Notes: a model not told the origin generated them from the letters alone. A DNA stretch of 64,000 nt from Malacoraja senta (GCA_038087875.1 CM075997.1:3908001-3972000); one strand, 5' to 3'. Numbered from the stretch's first letter, positions 27,498-40,513 are shown. Numbers and translations are program-made.

Positions 27498-28092
27498 CCA
27501 CCCATGCCCACCCCCATCCCACCCCACCCCTCCCCACCCACCCAGACCACCCACCCACCCCACCCCTCCCCTCCACTCCCCTCCCATCCCACCCACCCCA
27601 CCCCTCCCCTCCCCTCCCCATCCCACCCCACCCCTCCCCACCCACCCAGTCCACCCACCCACCCACCCCACCCCTCCCCTCCCCTCCCCATCCACCCACC
27701 CCACCCCTCCCCACCCACCCAGTCCACCCACCCACCCACCCCACCCCTCCCCTCCCCTCCCCATCCCACCCACCCCACCCCTCCCATCCCACCCTCCCAT
27801 CCCACCCCTCCCCTACACCCCACCCACTCCACCCCACCCCATCCCTCCCACCCATCCCACCCCACCCCACCCACTCCACCCCACCCCACCCCACCCACCC
27901 CACCCACCTCATTCACCCCACCCACCCTTCCCATCCCTCCCCACCTCACCCCACCCACCTCGTTCACCCAACCCCTCCCATCCCACCCCACCTCATCCAC
28001 CCCACCCACCCCTCGTATCCCACCCCACCTCATCCACCCCTCCCACCCCACCCCTCCCACCCCACCCCACCCCACCCCCTCCCACCCCCCAC
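27498..28092. repeat. C-rich low-complexity tract (CCCACC/CCCCT units) in the presumed CHP2-like 3' UTR
   Basis: About 600 nt almost devoid of G on the + strand. Confidence 0.93.
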
Positions 28093-28325
28093 ACTAGCAC
28101 CATCCTACACACACACACTCGGGACAATTTACAGTTTTTACCCGAAGCCAATTCACCTACAAACCTGCACGTCTTTGGAGTGTGGAGGAACCCGGAGCAC
28201 CCGGAGGAAACCCACGCGGTCACGGGGAGAACGTGCAAACTCCGTACAGACAGCACCCGTGGTCAGGATCGAACCCGGGGTCTCTCTGGCGCTGTGAGGC
28301 AGCAGCTCTACCGCTGCGCCAGCGT
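28092..28325 (-). mobile_element. V-SINE (HE1-like)
   Basis: Reverse-complement head and V-domain. Confidence 0.85.
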
Positions 28326-28598
28326 GCTGCCGTGATGTGGCGAAAGTATCAATTTTGGGATTGGTGCCGGATCGGTGTAAATGATCGGTAATGATCGGCC
28401 AGTACGGACTCGATGGGCAGAAGGGCCCTGTTTCCACGCCGTGTCTCTCTTTACCTCTCATCAAGTGCAGTGGATTTTTCCAGCTACTTAACTGTCAGAA
28501 AGCCAGAAGCGGAAGTGGCAGGGACTGAAGGTAATAAATTGTGGATTGTGTCCGTAGGTCAAGGACAACGTGTGATAAAAGGGAGCTGACTGATTCTC

Positions 28599-28611
28599 AA
28601 TAAACAATAAA
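28599..28611 (+). promoter_or_regulatory. Tandem AATAAA polyadenylation signals, probable 3' end of the CHP2-like gene
   Basis: AATAAACAATAAA lies in unique sequence ~1.2 kb after the stop codon. Confidence 0.6.
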
Positions 28612-28802
28612 AAGATGGTATCAGCATCTCTCTCAGTAAAGGAATTCGTTTATTGCTGTCACTTGCACAAAGACACAGTCAACAGCATTGTTTGGGAGCT
28701 CTCCAGTTAAACCATGCTGCTTTCTGCCCTAAGGCATATTGATTTCTCTAACCTCAAGTAACCATTGCTTTCCAACCCTCCTCCACTGCCCCAAAACAGG
28801 AT

Positions 28803-29002
28803 NNNNNNNNNNNNNNNNNNNNNNNNNNNNNNNNNNNNNNNNNNNNNNNNNNNNNNNNNNNNNNNNNNNNNNNNNNNNNNNNNNNNNNNNNNNNNNNNNN
28901 NNNNNNNNNNNNNNNNNNNNNNNNNNNNNNNNNNNNNNNNNNNNNNNNNNNNNNNNNNNNNNNNNNNNNNNNNNNNNNNNNNNNNNNNNNNNNNNNNNNN
29001 NN
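28803..29002. other. Assembly gap (200 N)
   Basis: Run of exactly 200 N. Confidence 1.
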
Positions 29003-29213
29003 GATGCAGCGAGCGGTAAGTGGAGACCCCCCCCCCCCCCACCCACCCACCCAGCCCGTCCCGGCCGGACCCTGCGCCATCCCGGCGTGGTTTGCCTCTG
29101 GAACCGGCCTTCATCTCCAGTCGTCATCAGCTGGTGGTTTTGTGCGGAGTCGGGCGGGATGCAGGCGGGCGGGCAGTCGGTGTATCTGGGCATGGGGTGG
29201 AAACGTTGCTGGC

Positions 29214-30468
<1,255 letters not shown>

Positions 30469-31249
30469 ATTAATTCTCTGTTGTATTGGATCTTGTGTCC
30501 AAGTTGTGAAGCCGCCAGCCCCGGTGGGCAGGGGCAGGGGCAGGGGGTGTGTGAGACCCGGCAGCGGCGGGCGGGCGGGCAGCCTGGGGTCAGTGACAGG
30601 TGAACAGAGCGTGCTGCAGCGTCCCATCCACACTGACACTGACACCGACACAAAAGGCCTCTCCATTCATCCAGCCGGCCTGGTAAATATTGCATAGTGC
30701 TGCCGGCGAGTCACGACCAGGACTATCAATGTGTGTGTGTGTTGTCCAACAGTGGCCAGTTAAGGAGATCACGTTTTGTTAAATGATTGTTTTTACACAC
30801 AAAATACAGGCTGCAATTAATTGGAGTGAGAGGCTGTGTCTTTGCTGTTGTGAATGTGATTGAACTGTGTGGGAGAGAGAGAGGCTTTGTACACGCGTGT
30901 TGGTGAAGGGTTGTGCATGTGTACATCTTGTTGGAAGAAATATATCTTTACTCGGGCAAAGACCAGGCTGACAAGATAGAGCAGATGCTGATCGGCCGGG
31001 TCCCAGTGAAAGGACAAAAGGATGTTCCTTTAGGAAGGAGATGGGGAGGAATTTCTTCAGTCAGAGGTGGTGAATCTGTGGGAATTCTTTGCCATAGATG
31101 GCTGTGGTGGCCAAGTCAGTGGATAAGGCAGAGATAGATAGATTCTTGATTAGTACGGGTGTCAGAGTTATGGGGAGAAGGCAGGAGAATGGGGCTAGGA
31201 GGGAGGAGTAGACGATGGGCCGAATGGCCTCATTCTGCTCCTATCTCAG

Positions 31250-32300
31250 TTCAGTTCAGTTTTATTTGTCATATGTAGGTTAACACAGGGTCAAGGGTAC
31301 AATGAAATGTGTTTGACAAGACAACGGGTCACCTCAGCAATGATATTAAAAGGATAAAATTAAGATTTAAGTAAGATAAGATAAAAGTGACATTGGTAGG
31401 TAAAAGACAATAATAAATAAAATAATCAACATATGATGTGTTTATGAGTTCAGAAGCCTGATGGCCTGATGATAAAAACTGTTCTTAAGTCTGGTGGTGC
31501 GTGCAGCCATGCTCCTATATCGTCTATTGAGGGAGTGCAGCGTAGGTTTACAAGGTTTAATTCCCGGGATGGCGGGACTGTCATATGCTGAGAGAATGGA
31601 GCAGCTGGGCTTGTACACTCTGGAGTTTAGAAGGATGAGAGGGGATCTCATTGAAACATATAAGATTGTTAAGGGCTTGGACACCCTAGAGGCAGGAAAC
31701 ATGTTCCCGATGTTGGGGGAGTCCAGAACCAGGGGCCACAGTTTAAGAATAAGGAGTAAGCCATTTAGAACGAGAGACGAGGAAACACTTTTTCTCACAG
31801 AGAGTTGTGAGTGTGGAATTCTCTGCCTCAGAGGCAGGTTCTCTGGATGCTTTCAAGAGAGAGCTAGATAGGGCTCTTAAAATAGCTGAGTCAGGGGATA
31901 TGGGGAGAAGGCAGGAACGGGGTACTGATTGGGGATGATCAGCCATGATCACATTGAATGGCGGTGCTGGCTCGAAGGGCCGAATGGCCTACTCCTGCAC
32001 CTATTGTCTATTGTCTATTGTCTGCCTGACGGTAACAAGGCAAGGAGAACAGTCCGCGTGCTGGGTGGCTGTGGTCCTTGATGATGCTGGCACCACCGGT
32101 GGTAAATGTCCTGAATGGCCGGGGGACAGATGGCTGTGATTTGCGGCTGTGGGCAGAACCAGTTCCCGTACCAGACTGTGATGCAGCCCGTCAGTCTTCT
32201 CAGGAAAAAGAGACACTGGCGGGCTTTCTTAGTTATTGTTACGACCTTCTGAAATGACATGTGTGGGTTGGCCAGGAGACTGGGCCCTGGTGTTGGGTGG
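31250..32300 (-). mobile_element. Rex1/Babar-type LINE 3' fragment split by a CR1 insertion
   Basis: Minus strand reads KKARQCLFFLRRL...CITVWYGN...LLPSGR (32021-32260) and continues RYRSMAARTTRLKNSFYHQAIRLLN (31442-31522). Confidence 0.8.
31524..32020 (+). mobile_element. CR1 3' fragment nested in Rex1
   Basis: CR1 motifs and (ctattgt)n tail. Confidence 0.93.
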
Positions 32301-32389
32301 TGGAATGGAGGTCCGGAGACAAGATGGACACAAAGTGCTGGAGTAACTCAGCCGGGACAGGCAGCATCACTGGAGAGAAGGAGCGGGTG

Positions 32390-32902
32390 ATAATAGACAA
32401 TAGACAATAGGTGCAGGAGTAGGCCATTCGGCCCTTCAAGCCAGCACCGCCATTCAATGTGATCATGGCTGATCATCCCCAATCAGTACCCCGTTCCTGC
32501 CTTCTCCCCATATCCCCTGACTCCGCTATTTTTAAGAGCCCTATCTAGCTCTCTCTTGAAAGCATCCAGAGAACCGGCCTCCACCGCCCTCTGAGGCAGA
32601 GAATTCCACAGACTCACCACTCTCTGTGAGAAAAAGTGTTTCCTCGTCTCCGTTCTAAATGGCTTACTCCTTATTCTTAAACTGTGGCCCCTGGTTCTGG
32701 ACTCCCCCAACATCGGAAACATGTTTCCTGCCTCTAGCGTGTCCAAGCCCTTAACAATCTTATATGTTTCAATGAGATGCCCTCTCATCCTTCTAAACTC
32801 CAGAGTGTACAAGCCCAGCCGCTCCATTCTCTCAGCATATGACAGTCCCGCCATCCTGGGAATTAACCTTGTAAACCTACGCCGCACTCCCTCAATAGCA
32901 AG
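32390..32902 (-). mobile_element. CR1 3' fragment
   Basis: ORF 32483-32908 is nearly identical to the copy at 1127-1696. Confidence 0.94.
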
Positions 32903-32995
32903 AGGCAAGACCCTTCTTCAGACCACCATCCAGCATCTTCCTCACATCCAGCAGCAGATTCATCACTTCATCCACCATTGCAAGCCATCTCATAG

Positions 32996-33300
32996 GGGGG
33001 CACGGTGGCGCAGCGGTAGAGTTGCTGCCTCACAGCGCCAGAGACCCGGGTTGGATCCTGACTATGGGCGCCGTCTGTACGGAGTTGATACGTTCTCCCC
33101 GTGACCGCGTGGGTTTTCTCCAGGTGCTCCGGCTTCCTCCCACATCCCAAAGATATGCGGGTTTGCAGGTTTATTGGCCCTCTGTAAATTATACCAAGGG
33201 AATGGTGAGATATTGTAGAACTGGTGTGACCGGTTCACAGATATTCGGCGTGGAATCAGTGGGTTGAAGCACCTGTTTCCATGCTGTGTCCCGAAACTAA
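32996..33300 (+). mobile_element. V-SINE (HE1-like)
   Basis: Head, V-domain and diverged tail. Confidence 0.83.
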
Positions 33301-33952
33301 AGATCACTTCAAAAAAAGAGAAGTGTTGTATCTGCCAAACTGACTCAAAAATAATTCTCGCACGACAATAAGGCTGCACATAGGTCAGGTGTTTATAAGC
33401 TGGGGAGGTTCTGCACGAGGATGTAGTAGACACAAGGAACTGCAGATGCCAGATTACAATTAAGGACACAAAGTGCTGGAGTAACTCAGCGGGTCAGGCA
33501 GCATCTCTGGAGGACATGGATAGGTGGACGTTTCGGGTCAGGGCCCTTCTTCAGACTGATTGGTGCAGGGGGGAAGAAAGCAGGAAGAGAGGAGGGGGAA
33601 AGCCAGGCGAGTGATAGGTGGATACAGGTGAGCTGGGGTTTGATGGGTGGACAAAGGCCAGCGATGAAAGGAAGCCAGAGGACTGTGGTAGACAAAAATG
33701 CTGGAGAATCGCAGCGGGTGAGGCAGCATCTATGGAGCGAAGGAAATAGGCGACGTTTCGGGCCGAACCCCTTCTTCACTGTGGGATGTGTCTGAGAGCT
33801 AATATTTGGCAGGTTCTGAGGATGAGTCCCTTACCCTAAACCCTAAAACGTTGACGAGGTCCTTTACCACAGAGGCTGCTTGACTGCCTGGGTTCTTCCG
33901 TCATTTTCCCATTTGCTTTTAGTTTCTAGATGATACCAGCATCCTGCATTTT

Positions 33953-34221
33953 ATGTGTGTGTGTTTGCCTGAGTGTGTGCGTGTGCACACATGTTTGTGT
34001 ACGTGCATGTGTGTGTGTGTGTGTGCGCGCACGTGTGCACACTTGTTTGTGTGTGTGCATTTGCCCGTGCGTCTGTGTGTGTGTGTGTTCCTGCATGCAT
34101 GTGTGTGTGTGCCCGTGAGCCGTGTGTGCATGTGTGTCCGTGTGTGTGTGTGTGTGTGGGTGCGCGCGCTTGTGTCTATTTTCCGTGCGTCTGTGTGTGT
34201 GTGTGTGTTCCTGCATGCATG

Positions 34222-34255
<34 letters not shown>

Positions 34256-34517
34256 CCTGCATGCATGCATGTGTGCGTGTGTGTGTGTGTGTGTGTGTGC
34301 ATGCTCGTGTGCATGTGCATCCGTGTGTGTGTGTGGGTGCGCGCGCTTGTGTCTATTTTCCGTGCGTCTGTGTGTGTGTGTGTTCCTGCATGCATGTGTG
34401 TGTGTGTGTGTGTGTGCATGCTCGTGTGCATGTGCATCCGTGTGTGTGTGTGTGTGGGTGCGCGCGCTTGTGTCTATTTTCCGTGCGTCTGTGTGTGTGT
34501 GTGTTCCTGCATGCATG

Positions 34518-34552
<35 letters not shown>

Positions 34553-34632
34553 ATGCTCGTGTGCATGTGCATCCGTGTGTGTGTGTGTGTGTGTGTGCTT
34601 GTGTCTATTTTCCGTGCGAGTGTGTGTGAGTG
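33953..34632. repeat. TG-based minisatellite with a ~120-160-bp higher-order unit
   Basis: Landmark 'gcttgtgtctattttccgtgcg' recurs four times (~34168, 34345, 34466, 34597), separated by variable (TG)n. Confidence 0.9.
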
Positions 34633-34999
34633 TGAGGAAGATTAGTGAAGAAGGAATTCCACGTGAAAGCCAGCCCAAGGCTGTCCAAAGGAAAGGATAC
34701 AGAAGGCTACTGCAGTTCAACATGGACACAGTGTGTGCAGAGATTACAAGGAACTGAAACAAAAACTTGTGCTGAAACAGAACAAATGAATACTGTTCTC
34801 ACCAGATTAATAGGTTAATGTGTTGCGTTAACATGGACAATGAGCTAATCAGGAGATGAAGAGGTTAAAGGGTTCACTAGATTGGTAATCGGGATTGACG
34901 GGTTAGATCGACGCTAAACTGGGCCACTTGTTGGGCAGGGGAGTGAAGGGCAAAGTGGACGTTGTGTGGGGCAACGCGATGAGGGGGAGGGTCAGGATT

Positions 35000-35352
35000 A
35001 TTTTCAACTCCCCCTCCCATTCAGAATCCGACCTTTCTGTCCTGGGCCTCCTCCATGGCCAGAGTGAGGCCCACCATAAATTGGAGGAGCAGCACCTCAT
35101 ATTTCGCAGTTTGCACCCCAGCGGTATGAACATTGACTTCTCTAATTTCAGGTAGTCCCTACTTTCTCCTCCCCTTCTCAGCTCTCCCTCAGCCCACTTC
35201 TTCCCGCCCCCCCCACCCTCACATCAGTCTGAAGAAGGGTCTCGACCCGAAACGTTGCCTATTTCCTTCGCTCCATAGATGCTGCCTCACCCGCTGAGTT
35301 TCTCCAGCATTTTTGTCTACCTTCGATTTTCCAGCATCTGCAGTTCTTTCTA
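35000..35352 (+). mobile_element. Penelope-like element 3' end: GIY-YIG C-terminal remnant plus terminal repeat with hammerhead-like core
   Basis: FNSPSHSESDLSVLGLLHGQSEAHHKLEEQHLIFRSLHPSGMNIDFSNFR* fits the PLE endonuclease tail pattern 'HF...H...E...I..L.(T/S)L.P.G(L/M)N'. CTGAAGA..GAAAC follows at 35229-35253. Confidence 0.82.
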
Positions 35353-35634
35353 AAACGGATTATTTCCTCTGATCAGTGGGTTTGAATCTCACCCCAGGGG
35401 TCCACAATATCCAGGCTGACAATTCGGACCATCACTGAGACGGGTGTTAGGATAAGACATCAAACAGAGGTCCTGGAGATGGGGACAAAATGCTGAAGTA
35501 ACTCAGCGGGACAGGCAGCATCTCTGGAGAGACGAGTCTCGACCCAAAACTAAAATTTGAGGAAGGACATTCTTGCTATTGAGGGAGTGCAGCGGAGGTC
35601 ACAAGGTTAATTCCCGGGATGGCGGGACTGTCAT

Positions 35635-36003
35635 AATAGAAAATAGACGCAGGAGTAGGCCATTCGGCCCTTCGAGCCAGCACCGCCATTCAATGTGATC
35701 GTGGCTGATCATCCCCAATCAGTACCCCGTTCCTGCCTTCTCCCCATATCCCCTGACTCCGCTATCTTTAAGAGACCTATCTAGCTCTCTCTTGGAAGCA
35801 TCCAGAGAACTGGCCTCCACCACCCTCCGAGGCAGAGAATTCCACAGACTCACAACTCTCTGCGTGAAAAAGTGTTTCCTCGTCTCCGTTCTAAATGGCT
35901 TACCCCTTATTCTTAAACTGTGGCCCCTGGTTCTGGACTCCCCCTGCCTCTTGTTTCCTGCCTCTAGCGTGTCCAAAACCTTAACAACCTTATATGTTTC
36001 AAT
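35635..36003 (-). mobile_element. CR1 3' fragment, flanked by short + strand CR1 pieces
   Basis: ORF 35719-36111 has CR1 motifs. Confidence 0.88.
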
Positions 36004-36142
36004 AAGTTTCAATATGTTTATGAACTGGAGCTGCTGGGCTTGTATACTGGAATTTAGAAGGATGAGAGGGTATTCTTCAAGAGAGAGAGTCAAGGGTGTT
36101 TTCATTGACATATGTCACAGATAGGACAATGAAATTCATTGT

Positions 36143-36497
36143 CTTATTGAAACATATAAGATTATTAAGGGATTGGACACACTAGAGGCAGGAAATATGT
36201 TCCGGATGTTGGATTTGTCCAGAACCAGGGGCCACAGTTTAAGAATAAGGGGTAAGCCATTTAGAACAGAGATGAGGATAAACTTTTTCACACAGAGGGT
36301 TGTGAATCTGTGGAATTCTCTGGCTCAGAAGGCAGTGGAGACCAATTCTCTGGATGCTTTCTTGAGAGAGCTAGATAGAGCTCTGAAAGATAGCGGAGTC
36401 AGGGGATATGGTGAGAAGGCAGGAACGGGGTACTGATTGTGGATGACCAGCTGGCTCGAAGGGCCGAATGGCCTACTCCTGCACCTATTGTCTACTG
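36143..36497 (+). mobile_element. CR1 3' fragment
   Basis: ORF 36173-36436 has CR1 motifs plus tail. Confidence 0.9.
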
Positions 36498-36848
36498 TCA
36501 CCCATTCCTTCTCTCCAGAGATGCTGCCTGTCCCGCTGAGTTACTCCAGCATTTTGTGCCTAGTGTTTAAACCAGCATCTGCAGTTCCTTCCTGCACATG
36601 AGTAGGTGATGTTTCGGGTCGAGACCTTTTTTCTGACTGATAGGTCCCGACCCGAAACGTCACCTGTCCAATCTCACCAGCGATGCTGCCTGACCCACTG
36701 AGTTACACCAGCATTTTGTGTCTACCTTTGAATTGATATACTTATCTACTTGTGTTAATGTACTTCTATCTGACCTTCCTTTAACCTCTGGTGCTGCAGC
36801 GAAAGAATCCAAGTCTGTCCAGTCTCTCTGTGCCAGGCAGTATAATGG

Positions 36849-37035
36849 CGGTTCTCTGGATGCTTTCAAGAGAGAGCTAGATAGGGCTCTTAAAAATAGT
36901 GGAGTCAGGGGGATATGGGGAGAAGGCAGGAACGGGGTACTGATTGGGGATGATCAGCCATGATCACATTGAATGGCGGTGCTGGCTCGAAGGGCCGAAT
37001 GGCCTACTCCTGCACCTATTGTCTATTGTCTATTG
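36849..37035 (+). mobile_element. CR1 extreme 3' end
   Basis: 3' UTR and (ctattgt)n tail. Confidence 0.88.
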
Positions 37036-37369
37036 AAGCCCTCAAAAGCCTCCAAATTCTTTTACAATCTTGATTTCTCTAACTTCAAGTAACCCTTGCC
37101 TACCCTCTCTCTCCTTCCCTCCCCCACCCTAATCGACGTGCTAGTTTCACTGTCGTCCTCTTGAGTTCACTGTCTGCATAACACGTTATCACCTATCCAG
37201 CACCCAACAACGGATCATTGTGGGCTCCACCGTTCCTTTTCTATCTTTCATTCTTTTGTTCTGTTTACCTTCTCTATCTCTTGTTCCCCTCTCCACTGAC
37301 ACTCCGTCTGAAGGGTCCCCACTGGAAACGTCACCTATTCCTTCTCTCCAGAGATGCTGCCTGACCCGT

Positions 37370-37665
37370 TATTTGAGGGAGGAAATGCACCTCATATTCC
37401 GCTTGGGCAGTCTACATCCTGGTGGCCTGAACGTTGAATTCTCCCAATTCTGCTAGCCCTGGCTGTCCCCTCCCCTTCATCAGCCATCTGGTTGTCTCCT
37501 CCCCTCCCCCAGCCCTCGGGCTCCTCCTCCGCCTTTTCCTTTTTTCCTTTCTTCTCCCCACCCCCTATCAGTCTGAAGAAGGGTTTCGGCCCGAAACGTT
37601 GCCTATTTCCTTCGCTCCATAGATGCTGCTGCACCCGCTGAGTTTCTCCAGCATTTTTGTGTACC
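37370..37665 (+). mobile_element. Penelope-like element 3' end with hammerhead-like core
   Basis: LREEMHLIFRLGSLHPGGLNVEFSQFC*, then CTGAAGAAGGGTTTCGGCCCGAAACGTT at 37573-37600. Confidence 0.8.
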
Positions 37666-38409
37666 TGCGTTATTTCCTCCCCCCCCCCCCCCCCCCCACT
37701 CTGACATCAGTCTGAAGAAGTGTTTAAGAAGGAACTGCAGATGCTGGAAAATCAAAGGTTGACAAAAATGCTGGAGAAACTCAGCGGGTGAGGCAGCATC
37801 TATGGAGCCAAGGAAATAGGCAATACCCGAAACGTCGCCTATTTCCTTCGCTCCATAGATGCTGCCTCACCCGCTGAGTTACCCCAGCATTTTGTGTCTA
37901 CCTTTCGATTTAAACCAGCATCTGCAGTTCTTTCCTGAGCAACCTACAAACTTGTGGGAGGAAACCGAAGACCTCGGAGGAAACCAGTGGAGAACGTACA
38001 AACTCTGAAGAAGGGTCCCGATCTGAAATGTCACCTCCCAGTGTTTTCCAGGGATGCTGCCTGACCTGAACGTACAAACTTCTCTCACTTCAGGTAGCCC
38101 CGGCATTTCCCCCCTCTCTCTATCCCTCCCCCACCCAAGTCGCACCAGCTTCTCATTTTCACCCAACAAACAGCTAACAATGGCCTGTTTCCTTTATCAT
38201 CGTTAGTTTTTTACATATCTTTCTTTCGTTGTTCTTTATCTCTCCACATCACCGTCTATATCTCTCGTTTCACTTATCCCATGTGACCAGAACTGCACGC
38301 AATGCTCCATAGGTGGCCTGTCCAAAGTTGTATGGAAACTGCAACATGCCTTCCTGAAGACAGACACTAAATGAGTAACTCAGAGGCTCAGGCAACATCT
38401 CTGGAGGAA

Positions 38410-38712
38410 AGGGTGGCACAGCGGTAGAGTTGCTGTCTTAGAGCTCTTGCCGTGCCAGAGATCCGGGTTCGATCCTGGCTATGGGTGCTGTCTGTACGGA
38501 GTTTGTACGTTCACCACGTGATCTGCGTGGGTTTTCTCCGAGATCTTCGGTTTCCTCCCACACTCCATAGACGGACAGGTTTGTAGGTTAATTGGCTTGG
38601 GAGAGTGTAAAGTTGTCCCTAGAGTGTGTGGGATAGCATTAGTGTGCGGGGATCGCTGGTCGGTGCGGACTTGATGGTCCGAATGGCCTGTTTCCGCGCT
38701 GTATCTAATCTA
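38410..38712 (+). mobile_element. V-SINE (HE1-like)
   Basis: Head, V-domain and tail. Confidence 0.85.
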
Positions 38713-38987
38713 AGCAAAAAAGAATAAGGGAAATTTCGGGTCGAGACACTTCTTTAGACAGAGTCAGGGGAGAGGGAAACAGGAGATATGAAAAGGCACA
38801 AAGAACAAATGAATGAAAGATATGCACAGCCAGATGATCAAGGAAAGGTGGAGCCCACAATGGTCCGTTGTTGGCTGTGGAGAAGGGGTATGTGTGGATA
38901 CAAGCAGTGAAACTAAGCCAGACTCAGGACGACTTCCTGACCCTTATACTCACTGCCCCGACTGAAGAATGTGAACATACAAATACC

Positions 38988-39848
38988 TATGAGAATGCAG
39001 GGTGACTTGGACAGGTTGGGGGAGTGGGCAGATGCATGGGAGATGAAGTTTAATGCGGATAAATGTAAGGTTATCCACTTTGGTAGCAAAAAACAGGAAG
39101 GCAGATTACTATCTAAATGGCGTCAAGTTGGGAAAAGGGGAAGTACAACTGGATCTGGGGGCCCTTGTACATCAATCTATGAAAGTAAGCATGCAGGTAC
39201 AGCAGGCAGTGAAGAAAGCGAATGGCATTTTGGCCTTTATAACAAGAGGAATCGAATATAGGAGCAAAGAGGTCCTTCTGCCAGTTGTACAGGGCCCTAG
39301 TGAGACCACACCTGGAGTATTGTGTGCAGTTTTGGTCCCCTAATTTGAGGAAGGACATTCTTGCTATTGAGGGAGTGCAGCGTAGGTTTACAAGGTTAAT
39401 TCCCGGGATGGCGGGACTGTCATATGCTGAGAGAATGGAGCAGCTGGGCTTGTACACTCTGGAGTTTAGAAGGATGAGAGTTATCTCATTGAAACATATA
39501 AGATTGTTAAGGGCTTGGACACGCTAGAGGCAGGAAACATGTTCCCGATGTTGGGGGAGTCCAGAACCAAGGGGAACAGTTTAAGAATAAGGGGTAAGCC
39601 ATTTAGAACGGAGACGAGGAAACACTTTTTCTCACAGAGAGTGGTGAGTCTGTGCAATTCTCTGCCTCAGATGCAGGTTCTCTGGATGCTTTCAAGAGAG
39701 AGCTAGATAGGGCTCTTAAAAATAGCGGAGTCAGAGGATATGGGGAGAAGGCAGGAACGGGGTACTGATTGGGGATGATCAGCCATGATCACATTGAATG
39801 GCGGTGCTGGTTCGAAGGGCCGAATGGCCTACTCCTGCACCTATTGTC
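38988..39848 (+). mobile_element. CR1 LINE 3' ~860 bp with frameshifts
   Basis: [23 protein letters not shown]...LVRPHLEYCVQFW motifs and tail. Confidence 0.94.
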
Positions 39849-40221
39849 ATTTGCCTACTTTGCCACTCTACTTTCTTGGACGCCATTACTGGTATTAGCA
39901 ATTTAATTTAAGAATTTATTTAATTAACAGAATTTAAACTCCCACTGCCTGTCGTGGGATTTGAACACTAATCTTTGGATTACTAAAGCAGATTTTGGAA
40001 AACTAGTCAACAAAGAGAAGCAGCGTGGCACGAGGAATGTTAATTAGTCCCTTTTAAAGGGGATCAGAGATCAGATTTAACACAGAACCAAACTGTAACC
40101 TGTTCCGTCTGAAGAAGGGTCTCGACCTGAAACGTCACCCATTCCTTCTCTCCAGAGACGCTGCCTGTCCCGCTGAGTTACTCCAGCATTTTGTGTCTAT
40201 CTCCAGTTTAATACGGTGTGG

Positions 40222-40513
40222 AAATACAGTGCAGAAACAGGCCCTTCGGCCCACCGAGTTCGCATCGACGAGCGATCCCCGCACATTAACACTACCCCGA
40301 CACACACTCGGGGCAATTTTTACATTTACTCCAAGCTAATTAACCTACAAACCTGCACGTCTTTGGAGTGTGGGAGGAAACCGAAGATCTCGGAGAAAAC
40401 CCGCGCAGATCACAGGGAGAACATGCAAACTCCGTACAGACAGCGCCCGTAGTCCGTATCAAACCTGGGTCTCTGGCGCTGTGAGGCAGCAACTCTACCG
40501 CTGCGCCACCGTG
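40222..40513 (-). mobile_element. V-SINE (HE1-like)
   Basis: Full reverse-complement copy. Confidence 0.87.

Noticed and set aside
27304..28335. Pro/His-rich and Gly/Trp-rich ORFs
   Set aside because: Produced by the C-rich low-complexity tract and an adjacent SINE.
34630..34880. Possible minus-strand exon or DR3-like nuclear receptor site in unique sequence
   Set aside because: Donor and acceptor are too close for a normal intron, no recognisable protein is encoded, and the short motif is expected by chance.
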